Part shown: one piece after another, positions 1 to 11,995 of the stretch | How the letters are laid out: every line of letters starts with the position of its first letter | How positions within the stretch are numbered: the stretch's first letter is position 1 | Assembly (NCBI RefSeq): GCF_006345805.1 | Contig: NC_043014.1 | Coordinates: 30,380,001 to 30,444,000, forward strand | Reading direction: 5' to 3' | DNA: 64,000 nt | From: Octopus sinensis | Lineage: Eukaryota | Made by a program: the position numbers and the translations under genes | Notes under the pieces: generated by a model | Told to the model about the DNA's origin: nothing | Database searches by the model: none | The model's input: only the letters and a program-made list of their open reading frames with translations

Positions 1-339
1 AATAAATTCTGGGGTCAATTTGTTTAACTAAAACCCTTCAAGGCGGTGCCCCAACTTGGCCACAGTCAAATGACTGAAACAAGTAAAAGAATAAAACAAT
101 ATATATATATATATATTATATTTCGGAATGGTCATATTGCCAGTTTAGCCAATAAAAACACACGCACTATATATTTGGTGTTATTTTGCTTCAGTGATAT
201 TTATTTTTTACATTAATCTTAATCTTATTTCGGCCAAAGTTCTTTCGTCACACTCCTGTGACCGCATCAGTGGTCCTTTGTTTTCTTCTCACTTACTTGT
301 GTCTCTCCTTACTAACCGTCAGCCATTTTGTACAACAAA

Positions 340-349
340 TATTTAAACG

Positions 350-383
<34 letters not shown>

Positions 384-431
384 CATATATACATATATAT
401 ATATATATATTATACATATATATATAACATA

Positions 432-465
<34 letters not shown>

Positions 466-750
466 CTATATATATATATATATACATATTATATATATAT
501 ATATACATATATATATACACATATATATATACATATATATATATATATACATATATATAATATATACATATATATATACACATATATATATATAACATAT
601 ATATATATATATATACATTATATATATATACATATATATATATACATATATCATCATATATACAATATCAGGGGTTTAGTTCACTTGATTTTGATGTCCT
701 TTTCCTCTAATGTGTATATATACATATATATATATTGTGTATATATATTC
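340..750. repeat. Compound (TA)n/(TACA)n microsatellite. Similar tracts at 9740-10300, 27065-27197, 53890-54250, 62150-62490
   Basis: Directly visible. Source of the Y/I-rich pseudo-ORFs. Confidence 0.97.
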
Positions 751-3700
751 TGAACTTATAATTTATTCACATCTGTTTGAAGCTTTCTGAAATGTTATTA
801 TGATTATTGAATATGTTTTTGTTAGCTGTTCCAACAAAATTATAGTTACAATTCATTCCCAATAAAAAGCCAACTAAAAACACATAAACGTACATAAACA
901 CACCTTCATATTCACAAAAAACAAGATTATAAAAACATCACTTCACATACACCAGACTTCTACGCAGTTGCAAACACATACACATACAAAACCATTTCAC
1001 ACACAAATACACATACACCACACACACACACATACATATTTACATTCAGAAACAAACATATAAATACACTATTTTATACATATACATACACTGCACATTT
1101 ACACATTCACAAACAGTTGTATAAACATACACCACATATTTTCACACTCACAGATATACACAAGTAGAGTTTCACAATACACACACTACACATTCACAAA
1201 CACAAACATACACACACAGAGCCATGTGTATTCAGAGATGAGTGCCAAAATCAATCAGACGAGATCAGTTTTAGAGGTTAACAAAAAAAAAAAGAACAAA
1301 AAAGCAATAAAAAAATTTCTAATCTTGGCAGAAATTTTGGAAATGATCCCAAAATAGATTTGTACATCTGAGTGTTGTAGGGCAGCAATTTTCCCCAGCA
1401 GCTACAAGGTTACAAGTAATGTCATTAATCTAAGTTATTTCAATAAAAGGGTCAACAACAGAATAGAGTGTTGGGAATTTGTAAATAAACAGAACACACA
1501 GCTAAGTGTTGCTGTCATTGTTGTTTAGCCTTCTCCACCCTAGTTGTCATCAGTCAAAGAAATCTATGATCAAAACCATTCCAGCTATGACCATCATGGC
1601 TTTTTGTATGTCCAAGACTACATTTTGCTATAGGTACTTACTTTTTAATTTTAGAAAAAGTAGGATGTGATTGGAGGAAGATTTGGCTGTTATTTCTAGC
1701 TACCTATGCATTAAGAATTTACCATAATTTCTTCTGAACATAGCATAATTTTCATATAACATATAATCCTTCCTACTATAGACACAAATCCTGAAATTTA
1801 GGGGAGGGGGATAATTGGTTACATCAACCCCAGTATACAAATGGTATGCATTTATATAACAGGTATAATAACAGGTTGTTTTATTGCTTCCTGCATCTTA
1901 ATATTTCAGCTATCCTTAAGGCAACAAGCTGGCAGAATTGTTAGCAAGCTGGGCAAAACATTTGATGGCATTTCCTCCATCTTTATGTTCTGAGTTCAAA
2001 TGCTGCCAAGGTCGACTTTACCTTTCATCCTGTTATGTGGAAGTAGAACATCTCTATGGGTTGACTCCTAATGGACTGTGCCACAATATAAATGGACATA
2101 CACAGAAAGCCTTGAGAACAGTGTAAAGCCAAGAGTTGCATATTGTCAAGGGTTATTACCAGTATCTTGAGTAGAACAATTTGCAATGACATTATTATCC
2201 CGTTATATCGTACGTCAAAAGTGCAATACAACACACCCTTTTGGAGTTGAAAACTGGAGTCAATGTAATTGATTTATCCCCTCACCCAAAGTTGCTATCC
2301 TTGTGCCAAAATTTGAAACCAATATTTCCGTAGGCATGGTTATGTAGTTAGAAGCTTGCTTCCCAACCATATGGTTCAGGGTTCAGTCCCACTGCTTGAC
2401 ACCTTGGGCAAATGTCTTCTACTATAGCCTTGGGCCAACCAAAGCCTTGTGAGTGTATTTGGCAGATGGAAACTAAAAGAAGCCCATTGTATATATATAT
2501 ATAAATATATATCTGTGTGGGTGTGTGTGTGTGTGTGTTTGTGTCTATGTTTGCACCTCCATCATTGCTTGATGACTGGTGTCAGTGCGTTTATGTCCCC
2601 GTAACTTAACGGTGCAGCAAAGGGACCAGTTGAATAAGTACTATTCTTAAAAATAACTCTTGGGGTCAAACTGTAAAAAACCACTTCAAGGTGGTGCTCC
2701 AGCATGGCCACAATCAAACGACTGAAACGAGTAAAAGAATATCCTTCCTACTGATGTACAACTGTCATACATCGTAACAGGGACCTTTTATTTCGTGACT
2801 TTAGCTTCATTGCCTCAAGATTCATCACTACATTAGTCACCATTTGATGCAATGCTTTTTATTCTGTTCTACTGCATTCACAGCAGTCCCGTCCACCATC
2901 CTTCTAAATTTAAACCATTGTATTGCACTATAAATTCTTTTATTCATCCACTTTCTAGCTGCAAACATATTGTCTATTGTTCTGTGCACTGGAGTGACTC
3001 ACCTCTAGATGATTGCTTGTAAACAGCAGCCAAATCTTCCTTATATCTTGCTCTGATGTCTTATACAAGGAAAAGATACACAAGATAATGTAGACCTAGG
3101 AATACTCCTATAAGATTAAATGGACATAATTGGAGTACCATTGACCATAGGTCTGCACTAACAAACTTTACTTGGAGCTATGCAAAACAGCAACCAGCTA
3201 ATACAAGTTGGTTCTCTGACCTGTGTTCAAGGCTGCATCATTGCTGTATCACATACAATTTACTGCATGTTAGATTATGCAGCAAGGTCTTCAACAAGGC
3301 AAAGGTATGGATGTGTGACTCATACCTAGTTGTGTAACCAACTATCCATGTGCACAGAAGTTCAATTCGGACTGATCTAATGCTACACCACAACTAGCTA
3401 TTGAAACTTGTTATATTGGTTTCGTTCTGAAACATAAAGCCCTTTCACTGTGAGGAGTGGACAGACATACAGCTGGTTAAATCAATGATAAAATGTTACA
3501 CTGATTTGGCAAGATTTCAACTCAGAAATACAAGGATTGAAACAGCTCCAGTAAAGCATCTAGTTTGGTTCACCTTATTTTGGCATGAAATTCATCACCT
3601 TATAATCTTTATGATACCAAATCACCTAAGACTGCTCATAATTCTGAGGCTCAAACCTCCTGTTTTAAAGTGGTTTAAATTTAAACCTTCCTTCAAAATT

Positions 3701-3940
3701 GTATATTAATTTGTTTCAAACACCAGCATGATAACGGTTTCAAATTTTGGTGCAAGGCCAGCAATTTCAGAGGAGGGGCTAAGTTATTTACATCGACCCA
3801 GTGCTCAACTTATTTCATCGACCCCAAAAGGATGAAAGGCAATACTGACTTGGGTACAATTTGAACTCAGAATATAAAGATGGACGAACTGCCACTAAGT
3901 ATTTTATCCGGTGTGATAACAATTCTGCCAGCTCACCACC

Positions 3941-4168
3941 TTAACCTTTTTGTTACCAACCAGGCAGAAACCGGCTCTGGCTCTGAGTACAAATGTCCTG
4001 TTTTCATAAGTTTTGAATTAAAATCTTCCACCAAATCTTAGTCGAAATTTACGTTCCTAACACTAGCTGAATGATAACTAAGTTATTTTACTAAATTCTT
4101 TGTTATATTTAAAGTAATTGAAAGAAACACAGAGCATCTCAAAATATATACAGTAACGAAAGGGTTAA
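3941..4168. mobile_element. piggyBac-like MITE family b
   Basis: TTAA ends with CC(C)TT/AAGGG termini. Near-identical to 22189-22415 and 50871-51091. Confidence 0.85.
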
Positions 4169-4300
4169 ATACCAGCAGAAAAATGACAAAGATATCTTGC
4201 TAAATTCTTCATTATTTAGAAAAGGAAATGAAGCAAAGGAAATATATTTCAACAGAAGCATAGTAACAAAAGGAATATTACTGAATATGTTATAACTTAC

Positions 4301-4444
4301 ATTTTGACCAGTGGAAGCTTGAAGGGAAGCTAATACATTTCCAGACGTTTTCAATGGGGCCAAATTACTGAGAGGTTTGTTGGTTTTATGTACAGAAGGT
4401 AAACCAGGACTGAAATTTGCTTTTGGTGCTTCAAGTCGGGAATC
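4301..4444 (-). CDS. CEP164: Probable CEP164-like exon 5 (DSRLEAPKANFSPGLPSVHKTNKPLSNLAPLKTSGNVLASLQASTGQN)
   Basis: 144 nt stop-free exon between ATCTTTCAG acceptor and AAT|GTAAGT donor, phase 0-0. Contains LAPL, as in the CEP164 GGLAPLRG region. Confidence 0.65.
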
Positions 4445-6784
4445 CTGAAAGATTTTATTATGTTTAATTAAAGAGGAGAAAACTTGATAAATCTACTTTA
4501 TAAGAAGGAAATTTAAAAATGGACTTAAAACTGAAGGAATAATGAAAAAAACTACAAACATTATGTTCTAACTTGTCTTTATTCATGATAATGAGGTCTT
4601 TTTCCTTCTTGCCAGCTAGAAAATTAAAGAAAAAAAATTGATAAGATAAAATTTACAATTTAAAAACCAAGTTGATAATTAACAAGAAACTGAATGAACA
4701 GTAATTAATGAAGATAACATTATCCAATGAACTTGGATCACAAGTGTCCATTCAAACAGTGCCTTGCTTTATTTATACATTAGTCTTAGAATGGAACAGT
4801 GTCTGTGGCTTTATTACAGCCTCCAAGATTTGGACAGGAGAAATGAAGATAACAAGTTAGGAAAGTTAGTGCGACTGCTGTTAAATTTTGAATCTGGTAA
4901 ATAAATCGATGGGGTGTATGCAAGGGATGGAGTTCTGGAGATAAAGACTGGGTGCAGAATATACATTCACTCATTATCTAAACATTAGCTAAAAAAAAGA
5001 TTAACCCTTTAGCATTCAGATTATTCTGTCAAAAGTAACATTTTTTCTATCATGTTGTTTTTAATTAATCATTCAATATCTCATAGCTTTGAAATGTTGA
5101 TGACGTGACTGCATATCTGTAGAAAAGCATTGAAGGGTAGGTATGATAAGCTGGATCTGGTTGGTTAGAACATAAAACAGGTAGCATATTTGGGCTGGAT
5201 ATGGCCAGTTTAAATGTTAATGGATTGAGGGCCATGGTGAAAACAAAGGGTGGGCCATTTTGAATAGCAAATATCTTTTATCTTATACCTGTTTCAGTCA
5301 TTAGACTGTGGCCATGCTAGAGCACTGCCTTGAAGAATTTTAGTCAAATGAATCAACCCCAATACTTATTATTTTTTTAGTCTCTTCACCACTAAGTAAT
5401 GGGGACATAAACATACCAACACCAGTTGTCAAGTGGTGGTGGGGGACAAATACATACATACACTGTTACAAGTATATATATTAGAGCAAGGTTGTTGCCA
5501 CTGCCACTGGACTGGTTCCTGTGCAAGTGGCACGTAAAAAACACCATTTGAGCATGGCCGTTGCCAGTACTGCCAGAGTAGTACATAAAAGCACCCACTA
5601 CACTCTCAGAGTGGTTAGCGTTAGGAAGGGCATCCAACTGTAGAAACTCTTCCAGATCAGATTGGAGCCTGGCGCAGCCATCTGGTTCGCCAGTCCTCAG
5701 TCAAATCATCTAACCCATGCTAGCATGAAAAGCGGACGTTAAACAATGATGATGATGATGATATAAACGGGCTTCTTTCAGTTTCTGTCTACCAAATCCA
5801 CTCACATTGCTTTGGTCGGCCCAAGGCTATAGTAGAGGACACTTACCCAAGGTGCCCCAAGTGGGACCGAATCTGGAACCATGTGGTTGGGAAGCAATCT
5901 TCTCACCACACAGCCACACCTACACCTAAATATGCAAAATATTGTCATAAAATATATCAACCAACCTCTAAACTTTTGTTAGCCAAAACCTAAAACTTTT
6001 ATTTTAGGATAAATTGCAAAACAGTCAAATACATATGCTACACCCAACAGAGATAGGTGACTTGCTGTAGAAGAAATACAAGGATACCCCATATACTATA
6101 CATTCAGATTATAAAAAAGCCTTATTAAAATATCTGACTATGTATACAAAATAACAAAGATGAATTGCAGGAAAAATTCCAGGGCATGTTTTGATCTATT
6201 AACAGTTTCTATTTGAGATAAAGAACAATGAGAGTTGAATAGTAGCCCAGTTTGGTCCTGATAAAATAGATCTATAGGCTAAGGTAGACATTCCAACAAT
6301 GACCATTGTCTTTTATTCTTTTATGCAAAATAGAGTATCCATAACTACAATGAAGCTGCTTGGTTTTTAAGACAGTAAGATATGATTTGAGACAGAATTG
6401 GTGGGTATTTTTCATGCGGGAAACCAAATCAATAACTTCACTACCTATTCCAATACAACATTACTGAGTAGGTAGTTTAAGTAGTTTTAGTAACAACACG
6501 CATATCCCAAATCTACGCAGTCAAGGAAATGGATCTCCGCTGGTTTCAGCAATGACTATTCCAATTGTTTGCTCAACTGAGTTGCCTGCTCATTCACTCA
6601 TTGAAGTATAGTGAAGTATAGTGAAAGCTGAGTGTTGCACAGACACATAGGCAGTGAAATACTCAAGCAGAACTAGTATGACACAGTACACATGCATACA
6701 TACACACACATAAATATTTACATAATACACATACTTAAACAGCTCTACTAAATTGTGTGTGTGTGTGTGTTAATGTGATTATAC

Positions 6785-6888
6785 CAAAAGATCAATAAAC
6801 TTAGTAGATTGTCCAGATTTTGCACCTTCCATCTCTGCTCCTACTATTGCTTCACTCTTTCTAATTTCTCTTTTTCTTCTCCACTTTT
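6785..6888 (-). CDS. CEP164: Probable CEP164-like exon 4 (EKWRRKREIRKSEAIVGAEMEGAKSGQSTKFIDLL)
   Basis: Open frame between acceptor CCAGTTCAG (6889) and donor TTG|GTATAA (6784). Phase 1 to 0 bridges exon 3 and the 4444 exon exactly. Basic segment sits where CEP164 has a Lys-rich stretch. No direct homology recognised. Confidence 0.45.
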
Positions 6889-7018
6889 CTGAACTGGTTT
6901 AAATAAGATTAATTAGGAAATATTTATTTTCGAGTTATTCTTGTATTCTTGTTATTGTGAAACACAAGGAAATGTTAACTGCATTTGTTTGGGGGAACAT
7001 TAGTTACAGACATATGGA

Positions 7019-7160
7019 CATGTGTGTGTGTGCGTGTGAGAGAGAGAGAGGAAGAGAGAGAGAGAAAGAGAGAGAGGAAGAGAGAGAGAAAGAGAGAGAG
7101 GAAGAGAGAGAGAGAGGAAGAGGGAGAGAGAGAAAGAGAGAGAGAGAGGGGAAGAGAGAG
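7019..7160. repeat. (GT)n then (AG)n/(GAGAGG)n microsatellite
   Basis: Directly visible. Source of the R/E pseudo-ORFs. Confidence 0.95.
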
Positions 7161-7239
7161 AATCTTAAGAACATTTAGAATAAAAGCATAAATTGTTTAT
7201 TTTGTAGACATTTATTTTTAGTTGCATTTACTGTTGCTT

Positions 7240-7620
7240 CCAGTTATGGTCACTTCATAGTGTTAAGCTCACTTCCTTGCAACAAATGAAGCTGAAATCA
7301 TTGAGACTATATTCCTCAAAAGAAAGCAAGTGTAAATATGCAGTCACCTGCATCGGAAAATCCTGGAGGAACACACACCAAAGATTGTCATTCACAGCCA
7401 TACAAAACTCGCTCGTTGGCAACATTGCACAGTTCATTGCTATCGACTTCTCCCTAAGGACAGAGCAGAGTACTACTCCAGCCTTGCTTTGAAGGAGCAA
7501 TTGTTCTTTACCATTTTCCCTCAAATGTAAGGGATACATTTCGATTGGAGTCAAAACTTTCAACAATACTTAGATATCCTCTTGTGCGCAATACCAGATG
7601 AGCCTACATTCGACATTGTA
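7240..7620 (+). mobile_element. Degenerate CR1/L2 RT C-terminal relic
   Basis: Frame-hopping peptides LKSLRLYS..KYAV / KILEEH / YLDILLCAIPDEP resemble LINE C-terminal motifs (LRLYSLERR..WKILEG..LD.FL..IPDEP). Confidence 0.6.
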
Positions 7621-7838
7621 GTGGGAGACAGATAAGAGCAGTAGCATCAAGCTATGGTGAATGCATACATATGGATGCACACACATACACACACACACAT
7701 ACAGATTATTGGAGCATTACCAGTTATTTGTTTCAATGCTGTACTCTACTGCAGAACATATCTATAAATTTTTAGTCAACAAATAATTTTGGCTGAAAAT
7801 CAATGGATATATGCTTTAGTGTGTGTGCATGTGTGTGA

Positions 7839-7881
<43 letters not shown>

Positions 7882-9580
7882 ATGTACGTCATCATTTTAA
7901 AATCCACTTTTACATGCTTTCATAGTGGCTCAAGTGGAGCTATTGAGGCAAATATTTCACAGCTGGATGCCCTTCTTGTTGCCAAGCAAGGTAATTATAT
8001 TGGTATACTAATATAATTTCAGTTGAACTATGATACAAAAGCATTTATTCTGTGGAAACATATTGTTATATTTTATTTTTCATATATATAAACACATGGA
8101 ATAAAATTATTCACCACTTATGTTAAGAAAAAAATATATATATAAGAGAACGTGGCCGTAGCCACCATCCGATCATGGCCGTTGCCAGCCTCGCCTGGCC
8201 TCCGTGCCGGTGGCATGTAAAAAGCACCATCCAAGCGTGGCTGTTCGCCAGCCTCGTCTGACACCTGTGTCGATGGCACATAAAAAGCACCCACTACACT
8301 CACAGAGTGGTTGGCGTTAGGAAGGGCATCCAGCTGTAGAAACACTGCCAGATCTGACTGGCCTGGTGCAGCCTTTGGGCTTCCCAGACCCCAGTTGAAC
8401 CGTCCAACCCATGCTAGCATGGAAAACGGACGCTAAATAATGATGATGATGATGATATATATATATATATGGCTCTGTGGTTAAGAAGTTTGCTTCCCAA
8501 CAACTTCAGTCCCATTGCATGACACCTTGGGTGAGTGTCTACTATAGCTTGAGGTTGCCCAAAGCCTTGTGAGTGAATTTAGTAGACAGAAATTATAAAG
8601 TAGTGTGTCACATATATAGAATATAAGAATAAAAATCACATTAATGATTTTCATTAAATAGTCAACATGCTATAAAAATTTATAGGCAATTTATACATTA
8701 AATTCATTAATAATGCACATATGTATATAATTATATAACTATATTAATAATGCTCCCTATATATATATATATATTTCATGCACATATATATGGTAGAAGT
8801 ATATTCCAAGGTTTCTGAAAAAGACAACATCTGTTATGATATCATTTAGCAGATGATAAAAACAATTTACTGATGATATGCTTTGTGAATCTCACACATA
8901 TAATGTGCTAGACTTCAAAATGCCTTTATCCACATGAGTGCGCGTGCACACACACACTTAAAATTAAGGTCCTTCATCCAAAAGCTAAGAAAGCCAGTCA
9001 TGCAATAAAGGGCTGAATACATTAAAATGGAGAGAATCACTTAACTTGGATGTGCTGTGTAAATGCCATAAAACTGCAGTAAGTCATCCTGAGAAAACAT
9101 TTCATACAGACAAATAGTGCAAAAAAGCATAGATTATATCAGCAGATGAATTTTGTCAGTACCAATGTTAGAACTATTTATTATATTGTGATTGCAATGT
9201 ATTTTTGCATCATCAGCAACAGATACCTAAACAGCGAATGCCAGGCCAAAATTTTGTCAAACCAACATATTTTTTTTTACTTATGATGAATGCCCAATGT
9301 CAGTATTAGCACTTAAATCTTACAATTCTCTTCATGAGAAACAAAAGAAGATATATGCTTATATGTGTGTGAATGAATGGATTGCCCCATAAAAAGCACC
9401 TATGCTGGTGCCATGTTAAAAGCACCCAGTGCCCTTTGTGGAGTGGTTGGCGTTAGGAAGAGCATCAAGCTGTAGAAATCATGCCAGAACAGACAATGGA
9501 GTTTGGTGTGGCCCTTGGCCTCACCAGCTCCAATCAAACAGTCCAACCCATGTCAGTATGGAAAATACATTAAATGATTA

Positions 9581-10056
9581 TAGGAGTGGCTGTGTGATAA
9601 GTAGCTTGCTTATGAACCACAGTTCTGGGTTCAGTCCCACTGCATGGCATCTTGGGCAAGTGTCTTCTACTATAGCCTCGGGCCAACCAAAGCCTTGTGT
9701 GTGGATTTGGTAGACGGAAACTGAAAGAAGCCCATCGTATATATGTATATATATATATATGTATGTATATATTATATATAATATATATATAGGTATATTT
9801 ATATATATATATATATATATGGTATGTATTATATTATTTATATATATATAGTTGTATGTATATATATTATTTATATATATATATATATATATATGTATAT
9901 GTATGTATTATATATTATTTATATATATATATATTATATAGATTTATATATTATAATATATATATATATATAGATATATATATATTTATATATATTATAG
10001 TATATATATATATATATAATATATATATATATAGTATGTATATATATTATATATAT

Positions 10057-10088
<32 letters not shown>

Positions 10089-10128
10089 TATATATAATAT
10101 ATATATATATATATGTATTATATATATA

Positions 10129-10214
<86 letters not shown>

Positions 10215-10219
10215 ATATT

Positions 10220-10268
<49 letters not shown>

Positions 10269-10535
10269 ATATATATATAAATATATGTATGTATGTATGT
10301 ATGTGTGTGTCTGTGTGTCTGTATGTTTGTGTGTCTGTGTTTGTCCCCCCAACATTACTTAACAACCGATGCTGGTGTGTTTACATCCCAGTAACTTAGC
10401 GGCTCGGCAAAAGAGACCAATAGAATAAGTACTAAGTTTACAAAGAATAAGTCCTGCGGCCGATTTGCTCAACTAAAGGCGGTGCTCCAGCATGGCCGCA
10501 GTCAAAAGACTGAAACAAGTAAAAGAGTAAAGAGT
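9581..10535 (+). mobile_element. tRNA-derived SINE family A with internal (TA)n/(TG)n tract. Other copies: ~1-92, 2331-2738, 5280-5915(-), 14077-14410(-), 15272-15640, 42864-43152, 57945-58300
   Basis: A-box-like gtggctgtgtgg, B-box-like gggttcagtccc, and a shared 3' end gactgaaacaagtaaaaga. Confidence 0.85.
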
Positions 10536-10750
10536 ATATATATGGAGAGAAAGACACACACACACACAAATAACAGTATAACAAAACAGAATAAAAGATC
10601 TAGAAGTATTCCTTTGTTTCCAGCAGCTGCAGTAGGGTGCCCTCAAAATCTTAGGTCCATACCAACTGGTCCACTTCCACTCTTCCCCTGATCTGATATT
10701 ATTGCATGTGTGATAATGAAGTTGTTGTATAACAAAAATTTTATGGTTAC

Positions 10751-10890
10751 CTGGAACATTGTTATTTATGATATTTTTTTCCCTTTCTCCTTCAGCCATT
10801 TTTTTATAATAATCATCACAAGGGTGGTCCCACGTGCTGTTTCCATTCATCAGGTTGAAGTAGTAAATGTGGCCACTTGTTAAATCTTCA
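10751..10890 (-). CDS. CEP164: CEP164-like exon 3, WW domain (EDLTSGHIYYFNLMNGNSTWDHPCDDYYKKMAEGEREKNIINNNVP)
   Basis: Acceptor TTTCAG at 10891 completes TG+T = Cys. WW signature YYFN...STWDHP is present. The donor CCAG|GTAACC at 10750 is the less certain boundary. Confidence 0.9.
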
Positions 10891-10911
10891 CTGAAATTTA
10901 TTATATAAAAA

Positions 10912-11340
10912 ATAATAATAATAATAATAATGATGATGATGAAATTATTGTATACAGTGCTCAGGTGAACCACAACTTGCCAAAAGTGTGTACAAAGCAT
11001 ATGCAGTAATGCACTAATGTCTGGAAAGTGAACAGTGTATGAGTCAGATACATGCTTGCGTGTGTATGGAGGGGAGAAAATCAGGTGTAGTGCTGGCGAA
11101 TCTCAGGAAGCATGGAAATTTTGAAGGATGCAGTGCTCCGACAACGAACAACTGATGCCAGCAGTTTGTTCCATGCTTCAGCAACTCTTAGCGTGAAAAA
11201 TTGTTTCCGAAAGTCATGGGAGCTGTGCTGTTTTCTGAGTTGGTAAACATGTCCAAGGGTGTTAGACAGGTGGAGTTTGAAAAGGAGCTCAGAGTTATTT
11301 TAAAACAAATTAATAAAGCAGTCAATCACCTAATCACTTA
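10912..11340 (-). mobile_element. 5'-truncated copy of the same CR1-type LINE in CEP164 intron 2
   Basis: The reverse complement matches the 3' end of ORF2 (cagctcccatgactttcggaaaca...gttgctgaagcatggaa), the terminal cacctgagcact motif and an (ATT)n tail. Confidence 0.85.
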
Positions 11341-11883
11341 ATGTGTATCAACCATTATCATTGAATAATCTAGCATCAGAACTTATCATTTTCTCTTTTG
11401 TCACAATTAGCATCATCGTCATGATAAGGAGAAGGATGATGACAGTAATAATAACGACAATAATGATGAGGATAGAGGTAACGATTAAGACAATGTTAAT
11501 GATAACAAAACAACAGGTGATGAGGATGTTAATTAACATCACCATATTTATCACTTTCAACACTGATATAATTATCTTACGTAACACATCAAGTGAGGAG
11601 TATGGTGATAGTGGTGTGATGACGATGTGGATGATGATAATGATGATGATGACGATGCGTTAATGCTTAGATTCACATCAGACTCTAACCAAACAAGGTA
11701 ATAGATGAGAATGGTAATCATAATCATGATTATTTTAAGCTGATGATAATGAAATTGAGGAGATGGACAATGATCACAGTGATGCTGATGATGATTGTTA
11801 AAATACAGGTGATAGTAGTGAAATTAAATGAAAGTAAAATTTTTTTTTAAATATGTCAGAATCAAGAGCATCACATCACTTAC

Positions 11884-11995
11884 CAAACTCTCCAATCATC
11901 AGGTAAATGAGCAAGAATTCCTTCCTGTGCAATCCACATGAGGTGGGGTTCTATTTCTGGATCAATATCAATGGTGCGAGCATATTCTAGGATTT
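11884..11995 (-). CDS. CEP164: CEP164-like exon 2 ([38 protein letters not shown])
   Basis: Acceptor TTTCATTTCAG at 11996 and donor TG|GTAAGT at 11883. Peptide matches CEP164 [38 protein letters not shown]. Phase 1 to 2. Confidence 0.93.

Noticed and set aside
258-753. Long Y/I-rich ORFs (also 9856, 27005-27260, 62007-62511)
   Set aside because: They are translations of (TA)n microsatellites. Only the first ~42 codons of ORF 62007-62657 are a real AMPD exon.
7255-7566. 103 aa minus-strand ORF as a CEP164 exon
   Set aside because: It is the antisense of a degenerate LINE RT C-terminus on the plus strand.
10473-10750. Continuation of the WW-exon ORF, or a micro-exon at 10692-10665
   Set aside because: The read-through peptide is low-complexity and runs into a SINE tail. 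A micro-exon would need a 58 nt intron and has no supporting homology. It is not excluded, but unsupported.
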